Notes: generated from the sequence alone by a model not told the origin. Positions 33,392 through 43,066 are shown, counted from the first letter of the stretch. The stretch is 64,000 bases of DNA from an uncultured Planctomycetaceae bacterium (GCA_963813715.1 CAWFAK010000005.1:1461110-1525109); one strand, 5' to 3'. Numbers and translations are program-made.

Positions 33392-36300
33392 ATGGCACGA
33401 TGCAATCGATGTTGGTTGTCGCGTGGCACACCGCTTTGGTCGTTTTCTCACGTCGCTCGCACCGCGGCGATGGTCGGCCTGTTGCTCGCTTCCTGTCGAG
33501 CTTGGGGCGCACCGCCGTCATCTCCCGTCGCAATCGATCGCGATCTTCAGCAGCCCTTCGCGGAGGCTCAATCGCTCATCGGCCGCGGGCTCTTCACCGA
33601 CGCGATGCGCCTGTTGCAACCGATCCTGGGCGACTCGCAGAACAGGCTGGCGTTTCTCGACGGACGCTATGTCGACGCGAAAATTGCCGCCAATCGGCTG
33701 ATCGGCACCTTTCCTCGCACGGCGCTCGCCGCTTACGAAAAAGAGTTCGGCAAGGAGGCGAGCGACGACCTGCAACGGGCGCAAACCGCGGGCAAGGTCG
33801 AAGACGTCCTGCGGGTTTTCACGACGTATCGACACACGGCGGCCGGACTGCGTGCGCTGGCGGTCGCCGCCGGCATCTTTTTCGATCGCGGCCAGTTCAT
33901 GGAGGCGGCAGCTGCGAGCCGACAACTACTCGACCTGCCCGACGCAGCCGAGCAGCCTTCGGCAGCCGCGCGGCTCGTCTTGTCGTGGATGCGGCTGGGA
34001 GCAAGTGACCAGGCCCGCCGCTGGATCGACGGCCGGCGGACGGTCCTCGCCAACTCCCAGATCGAAGTCGAGGGCCATCGTTATCCGCTCGACCGCTGGC
34101 TGGACGAACTCTTGCGCCCGCGGCTGCGAGCGCGTCCGCTGTGACAAAATCGGCGCCCAGCGCCGGAGGCCACGCGCAGACGCTCGCCCCTTGGAACGCG
34201 CACACTCCCACCACGCTTTCGCTCTGGACCAAGCGGCTGAGCGGGACCGGCACCTCGGCGCGCTGATCGACGAACTGATCGCCCGGCGGGCCGCCTCCGG
34301 CATCGCCCCCGTTTTTCATGGAGTGCCGCTGGTCGTCGGTGAAACCTTGGTGGTGCGGACGGGCGACGAGCTGGCCGCCTACGAACTGGCGACCGGGCGC
34401 TCGCTCTGGTCGCACGATGTGTCGCCTCCCGGCGGCGGGTTCGAGGGGGGCGGCTTCCGCGACGTCACCATGCCCCTGGTGACAGAGACGCTGGCCGACC
34501 GGTTTTTCGCCGGCGCGCCGCACACGGCGATCTCCAGCGATGGCGAGCGGATTTTTACGGTCGTCGAGGATGTGGCGCCGTCGGTTCCCATGTTCTCGCG
34601 CCGCCGACGCTTCGCCGTCGAAACGCCGCCGAAGAACAGCCTGGTCGCGTTCGATTGGCTCACCGGCAAGCAGGTCTGGCGATTGTCGGACATCGAGGTC
34701 CCGGGGGCCGAATCGGCCGGCGACACGAGAGACGTCGATTTTCTCGGTCCGCCGTTGGCGCACTGTGGCATCTTGTATGTGCTCGCGCGTACCGAGGAGG
34801 CCGCTTACCTTCTGGCAGTTGGGCCGGCCGACGGAAAAGTGCGTTGGTCGCAAAACCTGGCCGGCTTCTCGGGCTTCGAGGCCGATTCGGTTTCCTGGTC
34901 GGGGCCCTCTTGCATGCCGCTCGAAAGCGAAGGGCTGCTTTTGTGCCCGACGCCCGACGGCTTGGTGATTGCCGTCGACCTGATCACGCACAGCGTGCGC
35001 TGGGCCTATCGCGTCGAGCCGGTGGAAGAACCGGCCCGTCGGCCTCCGCGCTGGGGGCGTGGCTTTGCCGGCGCCGAAGCACGTTGGCTTTCGACCTGGC
35101 GGGAAACGCTGATCCGTAGCGACGGCGCGCGCTGCTATTTCATTTCCCCGCGCTCGCCGCAGGTGCACGTGCTCGACAGCAGAGACGGGCAAAATCATCT
35201 GGACGCGACCAATTCCCGGCGGCCTGTTTCTGGGACCGGTCGAGCCGGGCGGACCGGGAGCGCCGGCCTCGCTGATTACTGTCGCCAAATACCGGGTGAA
35301 CGCTTGGGACGCGGCCACCGGCAAGCCCTTGTGGAGCGCTGCGGTCGGACTGCCCAGCGGCCGGGGCCTCGAGATCGATCGGCATTACTATCTTCCGTGC
35401 ACGAACGGAGCCGCGGTCGACGTCGATCTGCACAATGGCCGCGCCACGTCGGTCGTCACCGCGGGGAGCGACACGCTGGGCAATCTGGTTGCCGCACCGG
35501 ACGGGGCCGGAGTGGCGGTCGTCGCGCAGTCGCACGAGCAGCTCATCGTGCTGCCGACGCTCGAAGCACAGCGTCGCACGCTCGTGGCGAAAGTCGCCGA
35601 GCAGCCCGAGAATGTCGAATCTGCGGAATCGGCTGGCCCTCGTCGAACGCGAAGCCGGAGATTTCGAGAGTGCCGAGCGCCGTTTGGAAGCGTTAATCGC
35701 GGGGCCTCCGAAAAAGCCGGCAGGAGCGGGCAAGAAAACGGAGACGCCCGAGGCACCGCCCGCCCGCTTTCGCCACGAACTCTTGGAGACGATGCTGGCC
35801 GACCTGGAAGCGGTCGCCGGCTCGCGTGCGCGGCCCTGGCAGAGCGAGTACAGCGCAATACCGACTCGCAGCAATGGGCCCGGTCGCTGCGGACGCTGGC
35901 CCTGGCCCGCCAGTCCGCGGGCCAAACGGGCGGCGCCTTCGAGTTGCTGTTGGGTCTCGCCAAGTCGGACCTGCCGCCGACGCTCGAGGTCGATCGCGGT
36001 CCCGCTCGGGTCGGTCGCGTTCGATCGGCAGCTCCGCGCGGACCTGATGGATTTGCTCGCGGGGTCTTCCCTGCCCGCGTTTCGCGAGGCCCGCGCACAG
36101 CTCTTGAGGACTCTGCAAGCCGCCTTGGCCAGCGGCGATATCGAGACGCTGCGACGCGTCTCCGACCGGCTCGGTTTCGCCGAATGGGATCCGCGGCTGC
36201 GACAAAAGATCGAGGAAGCGCTGCGTCCCGATCCCGGCTACCAGAGGGAGCAGCTCACGCTCTGGGAAGAAGCGTTGCACCAGGACCGCACGCGCGGCGG

Positions 36301-37876
36301 CGAAGCCCTCCGCAAGTTGGCCGAACTTTACTTTTCGCGAGGCGAACGCAACCTGGCCGCCGGCTGCTACCGCCGCCTGCGCGATGATTTTGGCGACGTG
36401 CGATTTGCCGACGGGCTGAGCGCGCTCGACCTGGTTCGCCGCGTGCGAAAAGATCGCCGCCTGGCGGCCGAGATCGATCGGTCGCTGCCCGATCCGTGGC
36501 CGGCCGAACGGCCCCAGACTCAGGTCGAAAACAACACCGGCGCCGGCCCCAATTTCTTTCCGCTGCCGATGGAGAGCACGGCCGGCAGCGTCTTCGAGCG
36601 GATGGACGTGGCCCTCGATCGCGAAGGGAAGACGCTGCGATTCCAGGGAGAGCCGCGGCCCACGTCGTGGGACCTGACACTGCCCGTCGACACGCCGCCC
36701 TTTCGCGGGTTTCAGACGATTCATCGCGGCTGGGGAATCGGGCAGCTCCTGATCGTGCAGGACGGCGGCGATCTCTACGGCGTCACCCCGCTCGACGACG
36801 GCGGCGAGGCCAACCCGCGGCTGTTGTGGCACATCGACCTCTTGCCGGCCGAAGAAGTGGCGGCGAGCGAGATTGCGCTGCCGATGGGCCGCGGAATCGC
36901 CGGGCTGTTTACCGACCGCAGCTCGATGATCGATCATCTCGGGCGTCCGGCGGCGAAGATCGTGGCCGTGCAGCCCGGCGCCATCTGCTGTCTCGATCGC
37001 GGACGCCTGACCGCCTACGACCCGCTCACCGGGCGTCTGTTGTGGCGGAGAACCGATGCGTCACCGGTCGACTCGGGTTCGGGGGACGAATCACTTGTCG
37101 TCCTCTTGGACCGTCGGGCCAAGCGGGTCGAGTTTCTCCGCACGCTCGACGGCAAGCGGATCGCCGAGCGCCAGCTGGCCGCCAAGAGCTCGGAGGTGCA
37201 CTGGCTCGAAGGCCGCGACGCCCTGATTCAGTCGGTCGACCCGCGCGGGATGCGGGTCACGCGGATGGATCTGCTGGCCAACGAGATCAAATGGACTCAG
37301 GTCTTCGCCGCCGCCAGCCATCTCGTGCAGCTCGACGGGCGTCGTTACGCGGTGGCGGAGCCCGATGGCGCGTGCCACCTGATCAGCGCGACGACGGGTG
37401 ACCGGGTCACCACCGAAAACATTCCGGGCGTCGAGCACTGCCTGCAGGTTTACACGACGAGCGACGAACGGCGATTCTACGTCGCCTTCTCCAAGCCGTT
37501 CGCCGATTCGGAGAACTTTCGAGCAAACGGCCAGCGCGACAACGCGCGGAACCCGCTGGTCAACGGCATCATCTGCGCCTTCGACCGGCAGTCCGACAAG
37601 CTGCTCTGGAGCCGCCGCCTGGACGACGGTGTCTTCGAGCTCGACCAATCGCGCGTGGCCCCGGCCCTCGTCTTCTCCTATCGTCACATCGACAAGGGAG
37701 ACGACGACGTCCCCTGGCCCTACCTGCACGCCATCGACAAGCGCACGGGCCGCGATCTGATCCTGGCAAAGCTGAACAGCTCAGCGACCCACCCGTGGTC
37801 CGAAGTCGACACAACCCGCCGCGAAGTCCAGGTCCGCGTGCCGGAAGCGACGGTCCACATCCAGTACGCGAAGTGA
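33392..37876 (+). CDS. Large PQQ-like beta-propeller/TPR protein, several frameshifts
   Basis: Repeated D/L-xxTG-xxxW propeller motifs across frames 33266-34144, 33852-35696, 35296-36387 and 35435-37876; start uncertain. Confidence 0.75.
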
Positions 37877-37915
37877 GGCGCGAGCGTTCATTCCGTCCCG
37901 GTCGTGGGGGCGCAT

Positions 37916-37952
37916 CCTGGACGAGAGTTGCGGATTGGGACGGTAGTCCAGG
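37916..37952. repeat. 37-bp cassette-end element (CCTGGAC-N23-GTCCAGG)
   Basis: Perfect 7-bp inverted arms; spacer aligns with the copies at 41702 and 42508. Confidence 0.75.
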
Positions 37953-37958
37953 GCCATG

Positions 37959-38213
37959 TTAGGGACTTAGGCGCCGGATGATGTTACTGATCGTGTCGTA
38001 GACTTGCGGATTTCTTCCGGCCAGCCATTCGACCGGCGCATAAAAGTACGCCACAGCCCGGCATACGGATCCCCCGTCGGCGACGGCTCCATAGTGGAGA
38101 AGCCATCTGAGCGCGACCGCTGATGGGACGACGCTGAAAGTGTAAATGAATGCCACAGCCGGAGCCGCCCAGCCGATCCACGCCCACGACCGTTTCCTCG
38201 GTTCGTCGCTCAT
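37959..38213 (-). CDS. Small membrane protein MSDEPRKR... (cassette family)
   Basis: Starts in the full CCGCTAGAATGACGGCATG motif; TM segment; similar to 41753-41983. Confidence 0.8.
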   Translation of the reverse strand: MSDEPRKRSWAWIGWAAPAVAFIYTFSVVPSAVALRWLLHYGAVADGGSVCRAVAYFYAPVEWLAGRNPQVYDTISNIIRRLSP

Positions 38214-38835
38214 GCCGTCATTCTAGCGGCGGATTGGTGCCATTCTCGTATCCCAGGTCCATGTGCAGCGACCTGGTCCGGTACTGACGTGCCTAGGCAT
38301 GGTGAGGGTCGCCGGGAAGTGCGAATCGATCGGGTCTTAAGACGCCGCCAACGAAGGATCGTCAACGAAAATCTCGCGCGACCGGGCGGGTCCGCCGAAA
38401 TTCGGTCAACAGGCATCCCCTATACCAGGAGAGGTTGTACGGACCGCATTTTCAAAAGGAGCGTCCGGACCAGCCCCTCTCTCCGATTGCAGCCCGTCGG
38501 GCCTGTTTTCGACCTTGGCCTTTCCGACCTGGGACTTCCCCGTGTCGCGTCCCAATCTGTCCCGTCCCGACCTGCGATCGGAGGTTCGGTCACGAATTTC
38601 GTGGGTCACCTTACCGTGAAAAAATTCGTGACCCAACCCACCGTGTTTTCCCCTATGCCATTTCGCTCTACCCCATTCCGCTCAACCCCCGCGCGCAAAG
38701 AGTCCGCTCTCTCCATTCAGCCACAAAAACGAGATCCGTCCAAGATCAGTTTTCTTGGAATCCGCGATTGTGGATCCGCATCGTCGAGTGGGACTGCGGC
38801 ATCGATTCCTGGACTCAAGCCCCGCCACTGAATTT

Positions 38836-38932
38836 GAGCCCCGCCAAGGGGCGTCAGAAAATAGCCCAGCGTTTCAACCCTAGCTAAGCCGGCCCACAAA
38901 AAAGTCTCCGAAGCCCCGCCAGGGGCGACAGA
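38836..38932 (+). repeat. REP-like doublet GCCCCGCCA(A)GGGGC
   Basis: Two direct copies of the hairpin flank TAGCCCAG...CAACCCT. Confidence 0.6.
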
Positions 38933-38986
38933 ACGCTCGTTTCCCACGAGTTCCGAGCGTCGCGAGATGGCTGTGTTTCGCCGGTT

Positions 38987-40435
38987 TTAGGGCGAACGAA
39001 GCGATTCAAAGAGCGGCGCCCGTTTTGTTGCCCCGCGTTTTGTGGCATCCGGGTCCGTGACTGATCCGAGCATTTGCCGCACGATGTCGCCGACGTCCTG
39101 CCGTAGCGTCGGCGAGTAACCGACTCGCAAATCATGGACATTTCCCCGCTGGTCGATGATCACCAGAGTTGGAAAGCCCGGCACGCCGTACTTGTTTGGC
39201 AGATCCTGTCTGACTTTGAGAGTCGCATAATTGAGCCCTGCCTTCTCGACGACGAACTGGGCGTCGGCTACATCCGTGTCGGTGTTCATACCGAGCACGA
39301 CCACAGGTTGTCCCTGAAAGTCTGCCACCAACCCTTTGATTTGAGGCATCGCCCGGATGCACCAGCCGCAGCCCCGATACCAGAAGTCGAGGATCACGAT
39401 CTGGCCCCGATACGCCTTGAGAGAATGCAGCTTGCCCTCGAGGTTCCGAGCTTCCCAGTCGGCCGCTGGGTGTCCGACGATCTCTGCCCGGCGATTCGCG
39501 TCGTGGATTGAGCGCGCTGCCAGGTCGTCGTGGCTCTTGAGCTGCTGATCCAATTGCCGCTTCACGATCGGAACGCTTGCCGCTTGACGGGCCTCCACGA
39601 GCAGCGCCTTCGCCTCATCCAGCAGCCTCTTGCTGGAATTCTTATCTCTTGATGCTTGTCGGATCCTTTCCTTGTAGGCACGGTCGGCCTGGAAGTAGTG
39701 CTCGGCCTGTTCCGACAGCTGCTTGATCCACTGCGCGTCGCGGTCTTCGACTGATACCAGTTCCGCAGTCCCGTTTCCTTTGCCTTTGAAACCCCAGCCC
39801 TCGGTGTCCTCGTGTCGTTCCTTCGTGACGAGGCCGCGCTTCCAATCGAATGTCACCGTGCGTGTATGTGTCCTGAGACGGACCTCGTCGGTCAAGCTTT
39901 TGCGCCGCTCCTCGAAAATCCAGGCGCCGGCCTTGGTCTCGGAATTCGAGACGACCCTGAAAGACGAACGCCCGCCCTCGTTCTCGTCGATTCTCTCCCA
40001 GACACTCGCGACCTCCATGCGATTGGCGGGCAGTCGTGGAAACAGGTACGTCGGATCGATGCCGGCGCTTAAAGACGGATTCGGGACGAACCGCCCGTCG
40101 CTGAAGATGTCGCAGTAGACCAAAGGGGATTCAGCGGAGGGGCGATCCTTGCCATCGCGACGGAACGACTCCGCAGTTCGGATCACGACGCGGTGACTGC
40201 CGTCGTCGTTCTTTCGGAGAACCCAAATTTTCCACTCTTTGTGGACCTCGAAACGGCCGCCTTCGAATTTGAAGTCGTTGCTGCTCGCGTACGTGATCTC
40301 CCGGCCGACCTCGAGACGGTAGCGGGGCAAGGCAGCGTCGGGATCCGTAACAACGGCAACTGGCATTTGGCTTGCCGACGCGAGCCCCGCAAGCAACCCG
40401 ACGAAAACGTGCCAAGAGGGAATCGACCGAGCCAT
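38987..40435 (-). CDS. Secreted TlpA-like thioredoxin (redoxin) protein with a long N-terminal domain
   Basis: Signal peptide; C-terminal LDFWYRGCGWC, GFPTLVIIDQRG; GAGGAG RBS before ATG 40435. Confidence 0.85.
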   Translation of the reverse strand: MARSIPSWHVFVGLLAGLASASQMPVAVVTDPDAALPRYRLEVGREITYASSNDFKFEGGRFEVHKEWKIWVLRKNDDGSHRVVIRTAESFRRDGKDRPSAESPLVYCDIFSDGRFVPNPSLSAGIDPTYLFPRLPANRMEVASVWERIDENEGGRSSFRVVSNSETKAGAWIFEERRKSLTDEVRLRTHTRTVTFDWKRGLVTKERHEDTEGWGFKGKGNGTAELVSVEDRDAQWIKQLSEQAEHYFQADRAYKERIRQASRDKNSSKRLLDEAKALLVEARQAASVPIVKRQLDQQLKSHDDLAARSIHDANRRAEIVGHPAADWEARNLEGKLHSLKAYRGQIVILDFWYRGCGWCIRAMPQIKGLVADFQGQPVVVLGMNTDTDVADAQFVVEKAGLNYATLKVRQDLPNKYGVPGFPTLVIIDQRGNVHDLRVGYSPTLRQDVGDIVRQMLGSVTDPDATKRGATKRAPLFESLRSP

Positions 40436-40528
40436 CGGGCGCTCCTCAGCTTCATGCTGCCATTCTAGCCTCGGCAGTGAGGCCGCATCCTGAGCGAAAG
40501 TTGCGTTGGACACGGGAGTTTGGAAAAG

Positions 40529-40822
40529 TCAGCCGCAATTAATTCTGGCCGGCCGTCGCAGCCAATCTCTGATTCCAATGAGTAGACCGAAGATCCCGCC
40601 GATCGATGCCTGCCACAAAACGGTCGTCCAGCGCCGCGGCGGAATCAGGAAAGAAGTCCGGCCGACGATTGCGCCGATGATTACGATGTTGCTAGCGATG
40701 TCCCAAGCGGCATTTTTCAGAGGGCGCGCCGGCTTACGTTTGGGCTCTACTTCCAGGCTGACAACCGCAACGGGCTGCCAGCACGATTCGACTGAGTCGA
40801 GTCTCTTCGGTTCGTCGTTCAT
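40529..40822 (-). CDS. Small membrane protein MNDEPKR... (cassette family, 97 aa)
   Basis: Starts in GAATGACGGCATG; two hydrophobic segments; followed by a degenerate 37-bp element. Confidence 0.7.
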   Translation of the reverse strand: MNDEPKRLDSVESCWQPVAVVSLEVEPKRKPARPLKNAAWDIASNIVIIGAIVGRTSFLIPPRRWTTVLWQASIGGIFGLLIGIRDWLRRPARINCG

Positions 40823-40826
40823 GCCG

Positions 40827-41369
40827 TCATTCCGGGGGCGAGTTTTGTGTCGGTCCACGGACTTCTGATTTTGGCTCTCGTGCGGTGAGGAGCCAGGCGC
40901 CCGCTTGCTTTCGGAATCCAAATAGTTGAACCACTTTATCTTTGCTCCTCGGAGAGCGAGGCGTCCAGATCGTGTGGATCGCCGCTTGCAAGTGGCGGGC
41001 GGTCCTCGCCGGGACCGCGACGCGGAAGATGAGACATCGCCGTCCCGTTCGGCCCGGCTCCCAGTCCTCTCCCGTCCACGCTAAGCGCTCGGACCAGGTG
41101 AATTCAGGTGAAGCCCGATACGCAGAGCCGGTCACGGTTTTGTTGTATCCGAACGGCCATGCGAAGCCGCCGTCAGCCGTCCAACGGATCGGACGATGCG
41201 GGCTGATCCAATGATGGCAGCAGCCGACCTCGGCATACACCTCGGTGCGCGCCTCCGCCGCCGCGTCTGCCGCCTCTGCCAAGAGTGTGCGGATCGCGAC
41301 CTCCCAGAGTTGGGGATCGTCGTCAGCCGAGAGGTGTTCGGCAATGATTGCGAGGGCGGCGTTGCTCAT
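40827..41369 (-). CDS. Hypothetical protein (180 aa)
   Basis: Trp-rich globular-looking ORF; its TGA stop is part of the next TGACGGCATG motif. Confidence 0.65.
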   Translation of the reverse strand: MSNAALAIIAEHLSADDDPQLWEVAIRTLLAEAADAAAEARTEVYAEVGCCHHWISPHRPIRWTADGGFAWPFGYNKTVTGSAYRASPEFTWSERLAWTGEDWEPGRTGRRCLIFRVAVPARTARHLQAAIHTIWTPRSPRSKDKVVQLFGFRKQAGAWLLTAREPKSEVRGPTQNSPPE

Positions 41370-41413
41370 GCCTGCACAAACCCATTCAGTAGCCCCACCA
41401 GCCGCTCATGCGG

Positions 41414-41644
41414 TCATTCCCGGTGGTTGGCACGGAAGTTTATCGCGGCGCATTGGAACCAGCGGATAGCGGTTGAGACACTCAGCCAAATGAGAACGAG
41501 GAACAAGGCGTCGAACGGCAACCAAAATAAGATTTCGCCGCCCACATGAAGGGTGTTAATCTTGAAGAACCGTCCGGCGCAGTCGCAGCATGCGCCCAGA
41601 GCGCTTGCATAGAGTAATAACCTGCTCGGCTGCGGGATCCTCAT
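41414..41644 (-). CDS. Small membrane protein (cassette family, 76 aa)
   Basis: Starts in the full motif and ends in GAATGACCGCATG. Confidence 0.65.
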   Translation of the reverse strand: MRIPQPSRLLLYASALGACCDCAGRFFKINTLHVGGEILFWLPFDALFLVLIWLSVSTAIRWFQCAAINFRANHRE

Positions 41645-41738
41645 GCCGTCATTCTAGCGGCGGATTTCCGCGCACGGAAAACCCCGGGTAATCGGCCGCA
41701 CCCTGAACGAAAGTGGGCGATTGACACGGGAGTTCATG
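41641..41738 (-). repeat. About 95-bp inter-cassette repeat, copy 1
   Basis: Aligns along its length with 42446-42544; contains the 37-bp IR element and the TAGAAT-GACGGC-ATG motif. Confidence 0.9.
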
Positions 41739-41752
41739 GATCAGTGACTGAC

Positions 41753-41983
41753 TTAGTCCACCAATAAAGGTATCGGTTCCTCGCGGTTTGCAGTGGCCTT
41801 TAAGAGACGCGTCACCCATTTAATGGGCCAGTAGATGATCTGATAGGGTTTGAGAACCAGACCGGTGTCGTCGACACAATTGAGCAAAGTCGCTGGCCCG
41901 TACGTAGCCGGGTACAGCGCAAACAGCAAAAGCACGACCCACCAGATCCACGGCCGCGCTCGTTTCTTCGGTTCGTCGCTCAT
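41753..41983 (-). CDS. Small membrane protein MSDEPKKR...LYPATYGP (cassette family)
   Basis: Starts in TGACGGCATG; TM segment; paralogous to 37959-38213. Confidence 0.8.
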   Translation of the reverse strand: MSDEPKKRARPWIWWVVLLLFALYPATYGPATLLNCVDDTGLVLKPYQIIYWPIKWVTRLLKATANREEPIPLLVD

Positions 41984-41987
41984 GCCG

Positions 41988-42230
41988 TCACTTCCGGAGC
42001 GACCTCAGGTCGGCGACGAGTCCGAGGGTTCCAAGTAGCGAGGCAGCGGCAGCAGCCAGGATCAATCCGGAATCGCGTTGAGCGATACCAACGCATAATA
42101 AGATCATGGCACCGCCGAATCCCGAGATCCAATACTTGATCCACCTCATCGCGCCCCACGGCTTCGGGTCTAGTGCGTTGTTGGATTGCCAGCGGGCTTC
42201 CGTGGCTTCGTGGTCGGGAGGGTCATTTAT
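41988..42230 (-). CDS. Small 2-TM protein with motif start ATA instead of ATG (internal ATG at 42149)
   Basis: TGACGGC-ATA-AAT-GAC-CCT opens an 80-codon frame that ends at the TGA of the next TGACGGCATG; absent from the ORF track. Confidence 0.6.
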   Translation of the reverse strand: MNDPPDHEATEARWQSNNALDPKPWGAMRWIKYWISGFGGAMILLCVGIAQRDSGLILAAAAASLLGTLGLVADLRSLRK

Positions 42231-42260
42231 GCCGTCACGCTTGCGGTTGGCACGGGGACT

Positions 42261-42449
42261 TCAGCGGCTGCGTCGGGCCACTCGGAAGGCGAAAGCGAGA
42301 TTGAAACCGAAGAAGACCGTTGCTCCGACCAGCGCCGCTGGAGTAGGAGAGCCCGTTGGGCCGTGCGAGAACTTCCACATTGCCCAAGAGGCGATGCCCG
42401 TGGCCACGGACAGCCAGTGCCACACCGGATGGCGGTTCTCGTCGCTCAT
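42261..42449 (-). CDS. Small 2-TM protein MSDENR... (cassette family)
   Basis: Starts in the full motif; its stop begins TGAAGTCCCCGTGCCAA, a variant of the cassette-end element. Confidence 0.75.
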   Translation of the reverse strand: MSDENRHPVWHWLSVATGIASWAMWKFSHGPTGSPTPAALVGATVFFGFNLAFAFRVARRSR

Positions 42450-42544
42450 GCCGTCATTCTAGCGGCAGATTTCCGCGCATGGAAAACCCCCGGGTCATGG
42501 GCCGCACGCTGAACGAAAGTTGGCGATTGCCATGGGAGTTCAGC
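42446..42544 (-). repeat. About 95-bp inter-cassette repeat, copy 2
   Basis: GCTGAAC-N23-GTTCAGC at 42508-42544 plus the start motif. Confidence 0.9.
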
Positions 42545-42746
42545 GGCGCAGATTGACCGCTTCAAGATAGTGGATCAACTGATCGACGTGCAGGGCCTCT
42601 TTGAGTCGGTGCGTTCCGATGAAGACGTGTTCCAGATAAGCCAAGCTGAGGAGCAGAACCGGTACGAGCAGGATGCAACAAGCGACCATCAACGGCGATC
42701 CGATCAATCGGACGAATGAAGGAGATTTTGCGTCGTCTGTGCTCAT
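42540..42746 (-). CDS. Small single-TM protein MSTDD... (cassette family)
   Basis: Starts CGGCATGAGC; its stop is the TGA of TGAACTCCC. Confidence 0.72.
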   Translation of the reverse strand: MSTDDAKSPSFVRLIGSPLMVACCILLVPVLLLSLAYLEHVFIGTHRLKEALHVDQLIHYLEAVNLRR

Positions 42747-42782
42747 GCCGCCGTCCTCAGTATGGCGCGGGAGTTCGACCGC

Positions 42783-42929
42783 TCACTCGCGAGCGCCAGA
42801 AGGGAGCCACCCGAGCCAGCCCTCGCGTTCGAGCCACACATAGAGCGCGGTCATTGCGACCAGAACGAGCAAGGGAATGACAAGCTGCATTACCAAGGGC
42901 CTCCAAAGACGATCGCGTGCTCCGCTCAT
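42783..42929 (-). CDS. 48-aa single-TM peptide MSGARDRLWRPLVMQLVIPLLVLVAMTALYVWLEREGWLGWLPSGARE
   Basis: Translated by hand; starts in the full motif; followed by GAACTCCCGCGCCAT. Confidence 0.65.
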   Translation of the reverse strand: MSGARDRLWRPLVMQLVIPLLVLVAMTALYVWLEREGWLGWLPSGARE

Positions 42930-43032
42930 GCCGTCATTCTAGCGGCGGATTGCCCCTCCGTGATCTTGCGGAAAACTCGGCCGAAAGTCGTCACCCGCCG
43001 TCCACAGGTTAACGAGCGTCGCGCCGGGCGGC

Positions 43033-43066
43033 AAAAAGAAAACCGGCCAGCAGTCGCTGGCCGGTT
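43033..43066 (-). terminator. Rho-independent terminator between the DUF1598-like gene and the array
   Basis: AACCGGCCAGC-loop-GCTGGCCGGTT stem followed by a U-rich tract on the minus strand. Confidence 0.75.

Noticed and set aside
37916..42951. CRISPR array or canonical integron
   Set aside because: Spacing is irregular and gene-sized, there are no cas genes and no IntI-type integrase, and the 37-bp sites are too short and insufficiently paired for attC. Reported instead as an unclassified cassette-like array.
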